Below are positions 13,137 to 29,023 of a DNA stretch of 64,000 nt, in pieces (the first letter of the stretch is position 1; each line of letters begins with the position of its first letter). Position numbers and translations under genes: made by a program. The notes under the pieces are model-generated. The model saw only the letters and a list, made by a program, of their open reading frames with translations, was not told the origin of the DNA and ran no database searches. The stretch is taken from positions 248,001 to 312,000 of the forward strand of contig CT868252.1 in assembly GCA_000165425.1 (NCBI GenBank), written 5' to 3'. Origin of the DNA: Paramecium tetraurelia (lineage: Eukaryota).

Positions 13137-14719
13137 TCATCTCCATGAATTTCTGATGAATTTCTCAAAAGCTGGTTCACTTTCTATAAGAGCACTAATA
13201 TCAGTTAAATAATCATTAAATTATTGTTATGTTACAGCCTATACGTCTTTCCATATCTCATTGAAGTCCTTAGTAGCATCAGCAACAGTTTTAATACCTA
13301 AAGATACATCTTGACTCTTTGAGGCATCATAAAATTCTAGTAATTATTAGATTCAATTTACATTTAAGCTACTAAATTGCAACTGATGGTTGTCCATTTG
13401 ATATTCTATTCCATAATTAATTTACTAGATCAGCCCTAAATTATGTTAATGGTTCTATCATTATTAAAATTCATAACATACTTCTTAAGAAACTTATGAA
13501 TTCAAAAAATGAGACTTCATCATCACAATTCTTATCGAAATATCTAAAGAGATTGTCATATTCTGTCTTAGTAAGTAAAAATCCAGATTCCTTCATAGCC
13601 CATTAAAATTCTTATCTATTTAATGTTCCATTCTTATTTTTGTCTGAATTAGCAAAGATTGTAGCCATTCTAATGACAGAATGCTAACCTTTCTTTATTA
13701 AATCAGCTCTAATTCTATTGAGAGTTTCTGAAGGTGGAGATCTTGCAATTTGAAACACTGGATTAACATTAGCATTATTTCCAGATCCCATTAAAGCAAT
13801 CAATCCACAGATTTCATCATAGCATAATCTTCCACTTTTGTCGGCATCATATTTATTAAACAATGCTTGAATCTCTTTATCACTGAAAACACAACCAAAC
13901 TTTTGAAGAGCCTATGCAAATTGATAGATATCAATAGTCCCTTTATTTTCCAAATCAAAGTACATAAAGGCCTTTTTAGCTGTCTTGCCTTCATCATCCT
14001 TTGTAACCGTTTTCTATCTTATTTTTTCAAACAATATAATCTCCAATTATGCCAGTCTTTCTGGAGAAACATAATCTGCTCCTGAAGTGACACCCCAAGT
14101 GGATGTCAATAACTAAATATAATATGATGGGGAATACATCTGTAAAATATTCCTCTTTTTCACTAGGGAGAGTTGCATTGCAATCAGCATAATAATTGAG
14201 GAATTCATCTTCGCTGATACTTTGACCGTCTTTGCTTCTTTTTGAGATGGCATTGACGAACTCTTTAGTAACTTGATCTGCGGTCTTTTATCTAGTTCTT
14301 ACCCTTGGATGATTTTTTGATTGATAGAGTCTATACAAGTTTTCTATTAGGAGTCTTCCTTGTCTTTGTTGATCTAGAAATGCAAAAGTGCTTCTGACAA
14401 CATTGATTCTTTTATCACTCATATTTTCCCTAATAAGATTCACAAACTCAGCATAGGCTATATTGCCATCTTTATTTTAATCATATTTATCATAGACTGC
14501 TCTCAATTCTTGAGTTGTAAGGAAGACACCTATTTTGGATAGAAACTTTTAGAATTCATCTTTATCCAAATAACCTATATTAGAAATATCCATACCAGAA
14601 TTGTCTTTATCGAATTCTGCCATTAATTGGTACACTCCTTCCAAGTCATCTATTTTACGAGCATGTAATTAGCCTCTTATTTTGTTTTGAATCAACTCTA
14701 ATTTGTTTCTCCAATCCAT
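13137..14719 (-). CDS. Calcyphosin-like multi-EF-hand Ca2+-binding protein (two modules)
   Basis: EF loops DKDNSG.LDKDE, DQNKDGNIAYAE, DADKSGRLCYDE, DKNKNGTLNRQE, DKNCDDEVSFFE. Calcyphosin-like EFSNYYADCNATL and FEKFIRNSW. Confidence 0.85.
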
Positions 14720-14893
14720 CAGTTATTTTTTATATTATTAATATCAGATTTTGATAATGCTCCTTATTTTTTATATATTCAATATTAATCTAGAATAATT
14801 TGTTTTTTGAAGGAAGATGAGTTTAAATTACCATAAAAAAAATTTAATTACATGAATATATTGAATCACAAAAGAATACAGTATTTTCTTATT

Positions 14894-15400
14894 TCATAAT
14901 TAGAAGTAGTCATCTAATGATATATCAGCAGTTTGATTATCTGATGAGTAAGATTCGAGTTAAATATTTGAAATCACTTTTTGAGACTTTTTTTAAGTTT
15001 CGAAATAGTGTTATCTCACTTAAGTCATCCAAGATCTCACTTATGGGTCCAATTGGGCTATACAAAATCACAACATATTAATACCCTTCCAATCTTAATT
15101 AAAAGAGCTATAAATCTTAGCTTCTTATGCAGTTGCTAAATTTTTCAATTATTAAAGTAGTATTTCATGATTAGTGTTCTCATTGTAGATTTCATTCTGA
15201 TTTGAATCATCATAGGGTATTTCATCAAAAATCATAACTTTTAATTCTTCTAATTTGTTTTTCTAAACATACCATAAAATCTAATTACTTCTGTTAGTTC
15301 ACAAATTATACATTTATATTAATTAAGTAGTTTTTTAAATATTTTAATTAATAATATTTCTTAAGCACAATTCTTGGATTATGATATTTTTAGATCAAAT
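14894..15400 (-). CDS. Small hypothetical protein or pseudogene; no clean start found
   Basis: Two canonical-size introns join a ~125-codon frame (…LEELKVMIFDEIPYDD…SLDDYFQL*), but an in-frame TGA lies upstream before any ATG. Confidence 0.4.
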
Positions 15401-15665
15401 TTAACTCTTTTTCAATTATTTGGTTATTTTTTTGATATCTCTCTTAATTTGATAAATTTTGTTTTTAAGAATTATGTCTTTCTAAAATTTTAATTTTAGA
15501 TATCTTAATTATAATTCAAAGATAACATTATTGAAAAGTATTGTCGAAAATATTACATTCAGAAAGAATAGACATTTCTCATGTAATTCCAATCGCATAA
15601 ATTAAATAAATTGTAAAATCCAAATTTTACAAATCCTTAATTTGTATATTAATTATTATTGTCAA

Positions 15666-18207
15666 ATGAAAGCTGTTCAAACCTTCATTAAAGAATTCTT
15701 CCAGTAGAATTAAATCTAAGAACTATATAAAAATGAGTGTTTCATAAATAGTCTGACACTTAAATTTATTTCATCGGAATTGGAATAATGTTATTAAAAT
15801 CGATAAATGACCAAGGTTGTTATATAATTTAGGTTATCTATTATGCTGCAAATCATTATAAATGTCATTTACATTATTGATACATACTAGATTTACCAAT
15901 CACTTGATTTAGTGATATATAGATCCCTATATACTGTTTGGATGTTAATCTCACTAGTGATGCAAAAGATTTCTTAGAGGTATTGGAGTGCATTAATTAA
16001 TGGATTAATCCTCATTAACAGTGTGTTCAACATATTGCTTTATTTTTATTTGATGAAATTTGTTATCAAGACTGAAGACAAGATTGAAGATGTAATAAGT
16101 AATTCATGTGTTTCAGGTTTGTAATAAGTATTATTTGCGATCAGTCTTATTTTAATATAGTCTAATTATTTGATGTAAAGCCTAACCATCACTAGCTACT
16201 TTCTTACTCTGATGGGAATATTCGAATAATTTTAAAATAATCGATTATGGTCTCAATACATACTTTTATTGTTTACCTGTCTTTTATTAAGACAAAATGA
16301 GAAATCAAGCAGATTGAATTATCTGTTGATTCACAAAAAGTAAACAAATTTAGAGGAGTGTAAAAAATTATTTGATGACACTATTCCCACATCAATTATA
16401 ATTTTAGAATTAATTTAAAAATAATCAACCTAAAGAAATGATTTATTGAATTCTCCATTTAGTTTAAAGGATGAATTATATACCCCAGGAAATAGATCAA
16501 TGAATGTAATTTACTATAACAAAAGTGCTTCTATTCAATTTGAAACTGAAAGTGAGGACAAATTTATAGAGAGACTTTAAGAGCTAGAGATGGTTATTAT
16601 GGACAATTTGAATTTGGATAAAGAAAAAAAGAAGCTTTTGGAAAAGATAATAGAACTATAATCTACAATTCAAACAGAAATTAAACTAAATTCATATTAC
16701 CCATTTGCTTATTAAATTATATCCTTACATCATGATATGTTATGTTCAAGAGTAAAATATTTAACATAAATTATTAGTTAACTAGAATGCAAGACAAATT
16801 ATAATTCTATGATACTATATTATAAGGTTGTTTATGGGATGGGAAATTATGTATGATGGTGATATTGAATAACGCAACAGAGAGGGAGTTAAGATTGTAA
16901 AATTTAAAAGAATTAGATAATTATAAAGATAATCTACTAGCTTCAGTTTCTCATGATCTTAAGACTCCCTTGAATGTACAAACATTATTAACTAATGTGA
17001 TCAAAAATGGTTTAGAAAATAAACAAAACATTTAGTCATAAGAAATTTTAGGTACTCATTTATTTGGCTAAGTTAAGAAATTATCAAGCATCTAGATGAC
17101 ATGCTAGCCAACCAATATATTTAATCAAATATGATCAATGATCTTATTGATTATTCATAAATGAAATCACAAGGATTAAGATTAAATTTAACTCATTTTG
17201 ATCTATCTTTGTGCATTTAATAGATTAAATAAATGTTTAAGACTCAAATTGAATTAAAAAACCTATAATTAATCATTACAGAGCTTAATGAAAACAGTAT
17301 TTTATTTTCCGATCAGGCCAGATTATAATAAATACTGTTTAATTTAATTTCGAATGCTATTAAATTTACTTTTTCTGGAAAGATATCCATCATAATTTAA
17401 ATCATAAAAGTATAAGATACACAATTAATTTAATTTTCTGTATAAGATACAGGCATAGGCATACCAACCTAAATCTAAAGTAAATTATTCAAAGCTTATT
17501 CTACTTTTAATTTAGGAAATTTTAATCGTCAAGGAATTGGATTAGGCTTGGTAATCTCAAAGAATCTTGTTGGATTATTAGGACCAAAACCATAAATCGA
17601 ATTGATTTCTAAGGAAAATGAAGGGTCTTCATTTACATTTACTATCTATATGAACATGTTTGAGAAGCAAATTTAGCCCATGAATTGCAACTATGAATTT
17701 ATATCTTCAGAAAATGATCCTTCACCTATTAAACAAATGCCTAGCTTTTCCATAGTTTAATAACAAAGATCTACAAAAAAAGCGAAGACTTTAATAGATT
17801 TATCAAAAGATGCAAAAGGATCATTACACATATTGATTGTGGATGATTCTGCATTTAATTTGCATGCGCTTAAATTATTACTTAAGAAAAGATTGCCAAA
17901 ATCCATTATAGATTAAGCATTAAATGGAAAGGAGGCTGTTGAGAAAGCATAGTAACAATAGTTTGATTTAATTTTCATGGATATCTAAATGCCAATAATG
18001 AATGGCATAGAAGCAATTGAGCAAATTAGAAAGATTGATTAAAAACAATCACATAAATTAAAAAGACCAATAATATGCATATTATCAGGTGGGAAAGATG
18101 ATTTTGACCAAAACCTAACAAAAACTATTGGTGCAGATATGCATTTAGAAAAGCCATTGTCTATAGATGATCTAAGATTTCTCTTGGAATAATTTTAATT
18201 ATTATGA
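15666..18207 (+). CDS. Membrane hybrid sensor histidine kinase / response regulator
   Basis: N-terminal TM helices. H-box ASVSHDLKTPLN, N-box QILFNLISNAIKFT, G1 VQDTGIGI, G2 GIGLGLVISKNLV. Receiver ILIVDD...FMDIQMPIMNG...EKP. Confidence 0.95.
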
Positions 18208-18296
18208 TTAAATTTACAAATTATTTATGGTATCATCTAAGATCTCATTTCTTTAGCATATATTAATGATGAAGTGAGCGTATTAAAATATATATA

Positions 18297-18812
18297 TCAC
18301 ATTTTAATTTTTCTAACTTAAAGCAGATTATTCATCCAATCATATGATTTGTTATCTCTTTCATAAAATCCTTGAAAATATTTAATTTATTCTTTTTATG
18401 AGAATTATTTAGTTTTGAAGGCAGGTAATGGATAATTAAAACACTACTTTGGACAGATGTCTAACAAAATTTTAGTTTCTTTCATGTGGGATTGAGTTCG
18501 TTTTGATCTGCGTTGATTAGGAGTAGCAGTTCTTATTTGACTTCTCACTCTAAAGGATGAATCCAAAGTAGATTTTTACGACTAAACTGGTCTATGATAG
18601 TTTTTATAAGGCTTCTCTTCTTTTTCATTCCAACCAGCATATACATCAAAGGTGTTAGATAGGAGGAATTAAGAACTGATTTATTCTAAGCATTATTATG
18701 CTCTTCTTTCTTAACAAAGTCGTTATGGAGATTCATTAAATTTGCATTCATAATTTTCAGACGGGTTCTCATTCTCATTATTTATAAGCTTGTGCTTTTA
18801 TCTTTTCAACAT
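18297..18812 (-). CDS. Hypothetical protein (~170 aa)
   Basis: Continuous table-6 ORF MLKRQKHKL...WMNNLLQVRKIKM*; may extend 5' through an intron. Confidence 0.6.
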
Positions 18813-19007
18813 ACAAAGTGACCGTTAAACAAATAATATATAATAATAATAGATATTTTTTAGATTATTGATTTTCGCTAAGTCTTTTGTTATTTAATGC
18901 ATTTAGTAAAGACATCTATAAAATTCCACTCATTTGATAAGAAGATAAATTTTCAATATATTAATTAATAAGACTGTTTTTAAATTGATCTTACTTCTTT
19001 TAAAAAT

Positions 19008-22000
19008 ATGGGTTGTTGTTTAAGTAATCATAATTAACATGATGCCATTATATAAAATATAATAGAATAAACGGTTTTTGAATAGCAGTAAATCCAAATA
19101 GAAGAAGGACAATAAGAACGGATTAGGACGACTTTAAATTCTGATTAAGAACTTATACACAGTGATGATTCCAAGAAATAGTATAATGTAAATACAGAAC
19201 ATCATGTAAAGAGTTCAAGCCATCATAAACGAGAATTTGAGAAGGTAGATGAGAGAAATTATTTGTTAAAAGTAGAGTATAATGTGAAAATAAAATAATT
19301 TATAGTAGAATTGATAAAATTGGATACATCCTCATTTTACAAAATATAGATATCAGCATCATTTTTGGATTTCGAAATTATGGTGGATTTGAAGGGAATT
19401 TAAGTGAATGACAATCATTAACATTTACAAATATACCCATTTACTTATTCAGAGGCATCCAGACATGCAAGATATGATTGCTTTTTTTCAAATGACAAAT
19501 ATTTCAACATAGATGAAAGCGATTTTAAAAAGCAGCACTTTTTCCAATAATTATTATTAGTATAAAGACAAGTGCTCAAGAGTCATCAAAAGTCCACTTC
19601 ATCATAAGAGAAGAGAGTGGTTAATAGGAGATGGGCTATGATTGCAGACTTAACATCAGTCCTAATAAAATCATCAAATATACCACAGAGAGCTAAAACA
19701 GAGGTAAACTATGATTTAGTAAATGAATTCATGGAGGTCATTTAAGTATTTGACATTGAAACTAATCCTAGGTTTCTGAACATCATATTTCATCTTATGC
19801 TCTAAACCTACTTCCCACATTTAAGAGAATATCTCCTCTTTATTGAAGAAGTCTATTTTCTATTCCATGATCTTCCTCATTTAGATTGTCCTCAATATTA
19901 TAAGGTCCTGTTATTCTACTAAGGGATGAACTACTCTCTGAAGGATCTACACATTCATTTGGATTTTGAGTAACTGCAACTATCAGATATATGTCTTTTA
20001 AAACTGGCACTGTGTCTTATCAAAATTTTATACTCTTGTTATGTAAAATATCTTTATAGATTGAACTTTACTCTTAGTAATATATACTATTTCAGAAGAT
20101 TGAAAGTATTTAAATTGCAGTCATTTCAAAGAATAAGTTCACTTATTCCATTTTAAGCTGATGTTGAATCATCAGTGAATTGCATTAGTGAATCTAAAAT
20201 GATATCCTTTAGAAAATGTTATCTTAAGGATTATTTTGCCATTTGTGACATCATATTATTATTTAAGAATCCTAGAGGTTAAAATTAAAGAACTATAAGT
20301 AAATTAAGAAAGAAGAAGCCTTAAACAGAAACAGATGTTAAATATAAAGATTATCTATTATATGCTGATTCCATATTTGATGAGGTTGAGGATAGAGTCA
20401 TTCTAGATTTCATTAAAATAGGTCTCAATAGATCGCTTTTAGGAAATGATTTCAATATTGAATAGTAATTTTTGATTTCAATATTAGAGCTTTAGAGGAT
20501 TTGAAAAGCAATATCACTTAAATGGAATGTCTTATTTTGAGTTTGGAGTAATTGTAGAAATAAAAAAGGAAGGATGAACATATTTTGAATTACAAAAATA
20601 ATAATGAATACTAGGATGTCATTGATTTATCTTCTAATAGTGAAGAAGAAGAAGATTAGGATAATGTATTGAAGCATTTTGATTTGGAATTAGATATTGA
20701 AAATTTGACAATGAAACAAATGGATAACAAAGAAAATGAAGATGCAAAAATAAGAGAATAGCTAAAAAATGAGATGAATTATTCATCACTATTAATGAAT
20801 CATTATTTCTTAAAGAATTGTGACAATTTTTTGAAAAAAGAAGAATAATATTCCATAGATAAAGTCTAAGCTTTAATATATTTGGCTTAGGCTAAATCTT
20901 AAGAAATTCTAGATGAAAATGTCAGGAAAAATCAATTTTAAAAATATCTTGAAGCAGCTATTTATTAGGTGTAAAAGTAAGATGATAAAACAATGTCTAC
21001 ATCACACTTTTTAGTTCTAATTTAGTTGCTTTAATATTCTTCCAGAAAGCCTTAAGTTGTATTACTTCGTCTCTTGTAATTAAGCTAACAATAGTCATAA
21101 AAGAAATTTCTAATGCGACGTAAAATAAAGAAGGCCATACATTCATAAACTGGATTGATTGAGATGAGAAAGCATGTTATAATTCAACTAGCTAATGTAG
21201 AACATTGTTTGGCTAATTCAAGATTGAATGAGGCTAATTCTATGATATTCTCTATTATTGATATCCAAATGAAAAGGAACTTACTTTCTACTTTACTTTT
21301 CGGTTATTCATTGTATATTTATGGTATCATTTGTCAAGAGACCATCTAAATTTAATCAGCCATGATAACATTTTAGATGAGTAAAACTATTTACGATAGT
21401 TTTTTCCCAATGGAGAAATGGATAGAAATTAAAGAAAAATAATAAGAAGACAATTTATACAAAAAACCAATCAAAGAGGCAAAACAAAAGGATGAACCTG
21501 AAAATCCTTAAAAAGTCCTAATAAATTTTCATAATATGGCCACATACAACCTTTCTAAATTGGCTTATAACTTAGGTGTTGTATTTTGTTAATTAAACGA
21601 TCCAGAAAATGCATTAAAAGCTCTCTAAAAAGCCATTGAGTACAGAAAACTAATACATGATGAATTTTCAGATGAAGTCATAGAAATTGTTTTAATAATT
21701 TTTAAGATCTACATTGAAAATGAAGAATCCTCATAAGTATTGAAATTAGGTTGGCTTTATGCTAGAAAAATAAATTAATTATACAGAGATAATAAATTAT
21801 AATGTTTGCATAATAAAAATTTTGCATAATTAGAATTCCTACTTGCAGGAGTGTTTTAAAATTGCAATTCCTATTTTAGTGCTCTAAGATTTTACTCAAG
21901 AGCTAGTAAAGCTTACACAGTTTCAAGGACATAAACTTTTAATAGGATGTACTTTGTTCAATAGTAAAGAAAATTGATTATGACCTATATTAAGGATTAT

Positions 22001-23305
22001 CAATTGCATAATGATCGAATGTAATCATAAGAATTTTATTATTAAACTAAAGTAAGAAGCATTTATGATAAAATGAAACCATTTTTTGAATAAGTTTACT
22101 TTGTGTCTTCAATTTTATATATGGATAATTCATTAAACTAATTGACTGGTACAAAGTTGTTGCATTCGAATGGTTTTTTGAAGAATAATGATTATCAATT
22201 GGCATCATAAAGATATTAAGAAATTCATAAATAATATTCTTAAATATAAAAGGATGAATGTTATGGTCATAATATCGAGAAAATTGGTGAAATATTTTTA
22301 GAAAATGGATAATTGGATAAAGCAAAAATACAATTTGAATTTGCTATTGGTATCTATGAGAAATATTTGTTTTTTCCATATAAAGAATATTGTTAAATGC
22401 GTTGTCATTTATACATAATCTGTATTCTAGCAATTTAAAAGTAATCCGAAAATTTGATTAAATATTTTAATTTGGTTGAAACATTTATACTGGACTGTTA
22501 GTAATTTATGAAATGGAGTATCATAGCTGAGGAGAGAAAATATAATAAATTTTAATTGTTATCTAAAAAGGCAGGTGTTAAAATCTTGTATTAATTAGTA
22601 GAACTTATGGATCTAATAGATAAATTTAGAAATGTAAGGAAACGATGGTTTAAGAAGATTCAAGATTTAGATTACATAAATTAAAGAGGATAAAAGATGA
22701 GGAAAAGAATGAAGGTGCATCGATCAGAAAATAAATTATTAGCTGAATTTCGTAAGTCTTGTTTACTTGGGAATCATGTATCAATACGAATAAGAAAATA
22801 CGAAGAGTAGATTAAAGTATCTTTAGATGATTTACAAAAATTGTAAGAAAAGAGATTACAAGAAATGTTGAAAGTGCAACCAACTAATTAAAATGATGAT
22901 TAGAGAGTTGTTGAGTAATCAATTCTTATATAAAAACCATCATAAGAATAAGATCAGATTCCTTAGTAAACTACTAGAAGCAAGAAGTCTAAATTCTTTA
23001 TTTTAGACATTGATGAAAATACAAAAAAGAAAAAGAAATAGAAGTAAATCAATGAAGAAGTTCAAAAAATAGAAAGTTCTTAATAAACGTCATCTAGAAA
23101 TATAGATTTGGCTTCAAGTACATTAGAATCATAAAGAACTCAACCTACAAGTGAAAGAGCTCTTAAATGTTATAAATCAAAGAGCTCAACAAAAGCCAAT
23201 ATTATTCAAAATGTCTAAGACAAAAACAACATAAGTTAAAGAGGTACTTCATAAAAAAGTTGCAGATTAAATCCATTTTAGAAAGTGAGTAAAAAATAAA
23301 TTTGA
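19008..23305 (+). CDS. Large N-acylated protein with degenerate kinase-like region and TPR-like repeats
   Basis: MGCCLS start. Kinase-like C-lobe remnant at ~19900-20270; TPR-like YNLGVVFCQLNDPENALKALQKAIEYRK at ~21550; low-complexity C-tail; TGA 23303-23305. Confidence 0.8.
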
Positions 23306-23320
23306 TTAATGTATTATTAT

Positions 23321-24863
<1,543 letters not shown>

Positions 24864-25007
24864 TTTTATTAATAAATTATTTTTATTCTCATTAAAATCA
24901 AATCCTTCACTTAATTTTAATCCAGAATATATTCCTTATTTTCTCTCATTCCTTCAATATTTTCATAAAATACTATCATTTTACTTTTATTCAATATATT
25001 TTTTAAA

Positions 25008-26390
25008 ATGAAAAACAAAAATAAAAAATCTTAAGTGAATTCCTTATTTAGATATATTCCAACTGCCACTCAAGAATAGTATATCAGAAGAAATAGTTAT
25101 TCTTATCCTTCTAATAACTCTGCAATCCAATAAATTTTCAACTTCTACTCTAAATAATCATACGCTATAGGCGTAAATGCAACATTCGATAGGTAGTACC
25201 AAGAAAGTAACTCATTAAATTTAGCTAAATTCTTTCATTTTTGCAGAGATTTCAATATAAAATTCCTAAATAGATAAGAACTCCAAGATCTTTTTAAGAA
25301 ATGTGCAACTCAAGGATCGAACGTCACTTTAGAGGAGTTCGAATAAATTTTTAGTTTGCTACCATAAATATATTGTAATTGATCTATGCTTATTTAATTA
25401 TTAACTGAGATCTGAGCTTTATATAGAGGAATTGATTTATGCTAATTTTATTAAGAACTCGGCTTTGATGTTTGGTTAGAAAATTAAAAGAAAATGAGAT
25501 TATTAGGGAAACCTTTTTAGATGAAGGATGATAAACAAAGGTTTACTAAAGATCAACTTAATTATTAATTCAAACTATTCCATCCTGATATCAAAGATAA
25601 CACTCTCATTAAAGAAATATTAAAGTAACGATAATTAAAATAAGAAAATCAAAAAAATAAAGATAAGGAGAAAAAAATAAAATAAAAGTTGCAATTTGAA
25701 CTAAAATTTCAAAGTGGAACTGAATTATATCAAAAATATCCTCGCAACATTAAATTAATAAAGCACCTTGAAAAAAGAAAGGAAATAAAGCACATTGATT
25801 ACTTCAAATCTTCATTTAAATAAGCATATAGCCTAAATATCCAAACAGAATAAAATCAACCAAGGAAATCCTCCTTTATTACATGGGAAACCTTAGATGA
25901 TATTGCTCCTGATAACGATCTAATACAAAATCTGATAGGACCAGATTAGGATGATTACTGCTATCGAAATTAGCATGAAATAAAAAATAACAAATCTAAA
26001 AATTAAAGAAATCGATTACCTTATAGTATTATCAGTCTTTCTCAGGACGTAAGATCCATTTCTGACTCTAACCCTAATTATCAAAAAAATTGTACTACAA
26101 TTTAAACTGAAAGATAATAATCTCAAAGATGCTAATATTAGGAATCATCTAGAATACCATCGAGTTAACAGTATTACATATAAGAATCTCCTAAATCCAT
26201 ATAGTTATAAAATATATAAAACTAAATTGAAAAGCCTCCATATAAAAATAATGTAAATATCTCAATACTCAAAAGAGTAAATGAAATAAAGTAATTATAA
26301 GATCTAAAAGAAAAGTATCTTTTAAACAAAATTGTAAACATTTAATTAAGGAAAGAATAATGTAACTAACAAAATGGAACTAATATCTGA
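25008..26390 (+). CDS. Hypothetical protein with N-terminal EF-hand-like helical pair and Gln/Lys-rich tail
   Basis: IQQIFNFYS...LNLAKFFHFCRDFNI...ELQDLFKKC...VTLEEFEQIF; TGA 26388-26390. Confidence 0.65.
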
Positions 26391-26627
26391 TATTAATTTT
26401 ATATAATTAATTTTATTATCAATTAGACTTTAGAAAATAAAAAATTTGTTCAAAAGACTATGTACTTTTATTGATATTTCTAATGAAATTTTATTTTAAT
26501 ATAATTTATACTAGAGTAGGATGTTAGGAAATGGTTGCAAAAGTGGATTAAAATGTAAATTTTCATTCTTAGAACATTCTAAAAAAGATAGATATATTAA
26601 TAATGAATAATATGCTTTGATATAGAT

Positions 26628-27790
26628 TCATTTTATAGAAATAATCAATTTTTAATTTTTGTATTCATAGTCAGAAAATACAGCTATGATTTTTAAGGTT
26701 TCAGAAATGTTAACCATAGATATTTCTAAACTATTAGCAGCTACAATTTTAATTTCTAATAATACTAGGTATTTGTTACCAGTGACTTTAGCTACAAGTC
26801 TCATCATCTCTGATATTTCCATCGCTTCCGTAACACCACTAAGAATGATAGTTTTAGATAAAGGAACAATCACTTTGGGTCCATTAGGATTATAATATGT
26901 CATATATTCATCTGAAATCGTAGTTGGTTGTAACTGTTATAAAGGGTGATAAGAAATTCTCCACTAAAAGGTGAATATAATTTGATTACTTATTGATCAA
27001 AAAATTAAATATTATTTAAATATTCTTTGGCAATTTAAGCAAATTCTATAGTTGAGTATCTTACAAAGAGTCTTTGCATTTACTTTTCTAAAAGAAGTTC
27101 TTCAACATTTCCAAATTTGTTAAAAATATTATACAGCATTTTAGCAGTAACTCTATCATCGATAGTTGTTACTTAAATAATTTTGGATGGTTTTTGAGTG
27201 ATCATATTTTTAACATCTTAAGAAATTTGCGGTCCTTGTTATTTTTGCTATTTCCAGATATCTATGTCATCATCAGAATCTGAATTCAATAAATTATTGA
27301 TTTCATCATTCCTTGCAGAATTGAGATTTCGTTAAGAAGTTTATGTGAAAGTACGAGTAAACTAATCAATCTATTGTCTAAGTATGTTTGGATCATCAGT
27401 GTTCGAATGCTTCATTAGATCAGAATTTGTGCTGCTAGCTTAGGTATAATCTGTTCCTCGAGATTTATCCACAACCTCAAGATCAAGATTCTTAAGACGA
27501 GAGAAGTGGATGGTTAGTCTATGCATATTTAAATATTTCTACTTTCCTTCTCCTTCAGCTAAATATTTACCAAGTTTGTCCTTTCTTGCTTCTATTGCAT
27601 GTTTCACATCATAATATTCAACAAAAGCTTTGTTTGCCTTGCCTCTTTCGAAAATAAGAATTTTTTTGATATCACCATATTTAGAGAATTATTCAAATAG
27701 TAGCTCATTAGAAAGTGGAAAGGTTGGAGATAATTGTGTCATAACAAGAAGCAAAATTTTGCTAGGTGGATCTCTGGAATTATTATTCAT
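26628..27790 (-). CDS. RRM RNA-binding protein, PTB/hnRNP-L-like
   Basis: PPSKILLL...LFEQFSKYGDIKKILIFE..KAFVEY; second RRM PSKIIQV...LYNIFNKFGNVEELL. Confidence 0.8.
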
Positions 27791-27902
27791 AAATAAATAT
27801 TTTATGTTCCTACTAATTATTTAAGTAGCCAAGACTCAAAAATTAATATTAAAAATCAATAACTTAATAAATTATATGATATTTAATAAAAAAAGAAAAA
27901 CT

Positions 27903-28927
27903 ATGTAATATAATTTACAAATAAGTTCGCTCAATACTAAAGGATTAATTAAATAATGTTCTTTCATTAATTCTTTAGGGATTCAAACCCAATATCAATC
28001 AACTTTAAAGAAATTTAATTATGATAATGGCAATTATAATATTACAATATCTATATCATAAATATATGTAGAAATTAATCTATAAATTTTCATCAGGACT
28101 CTTTTCAGTCAAAAATCATGATAAAATTAAGGGACTTGCCATTGCAGAATTAAATAATCCATAAAAAAAGAATGCTTTGTCAAAATAATTGTTAGTCGAG
28201 ATGAGACAGGCTCTAAGCGAACTTGCCGCATCAAAAAATATAAATTGTGTCATATTAAGGTCATCAACATCAGGCACTTTTTGTGCTGGTGCAGATTTAA
28301 AGGAGAGAATAGGATTAAGTAATTTTGAGACAGAATTGGTGGTAAAGAATTTGAGAGAGACTTTTAATTAAGTTGCTAATCTGCCTCAACCAGTAATTGG
28401 AGTCATAGATGGATTTGCGCTTGGAGGGGGTCTAGAATTAGCATTGGCTTGTGATTTAAGAATTGTAACGAAATCATCAATATTGGGATTACCTGAAACA
28501 GGTTTGGCAATTATACCAGGAGCAGTAATTTATAATATTATATAAAAGGGCGGAACCTAAAGAACCCCAAGAGTTATTGGAGTCGCTTTGGCGAAAGAAT
28601 TAATTTTCACAGGAAGGAGATTAAGTGCTGAAGAATCATTAAAAATAGGATTAGTTAATTATGTAGAAGAAGACGGATAATAAGCAAACAACAAGGCTGA
28701 AGCTATTGCATCTTAGATATTGCAGAATGTATTTTTTAGTAATATTGAAGGGTCCAATAGGAGTGAGAGCAGCTAAGTCAGCCATAAATAGAGGAATGGA
28801 AGTAGATATTGAGAGTGGATTAAAAATTGAGGAATAATTATATTATTAAGTTTGCCATAGTTAGGATAGATTAGAAGGTTTGAAAGCATTTGCAGAGAAG
28901 AGAAAGCCATAATATAAAGGAGAATGA
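27903..28927 (+). CDS. AUH: Methylglutaconyl-CoA hydratase / enoyl-CoA hydratase (crotonase family)
   Basis: [47 protein letters not shown]-terminus FAEKRKPQYKGE. Start uncertain. Confidence 0.88.
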
Positions 28928-29023
28928 GTATATTAATATTATATTTATTATGACGATGCTAATTTGCATATTTAAAATTTGAAAAGTATATATAAAGAAA
29001 TTTATTAAATAAATTAATAAAAC

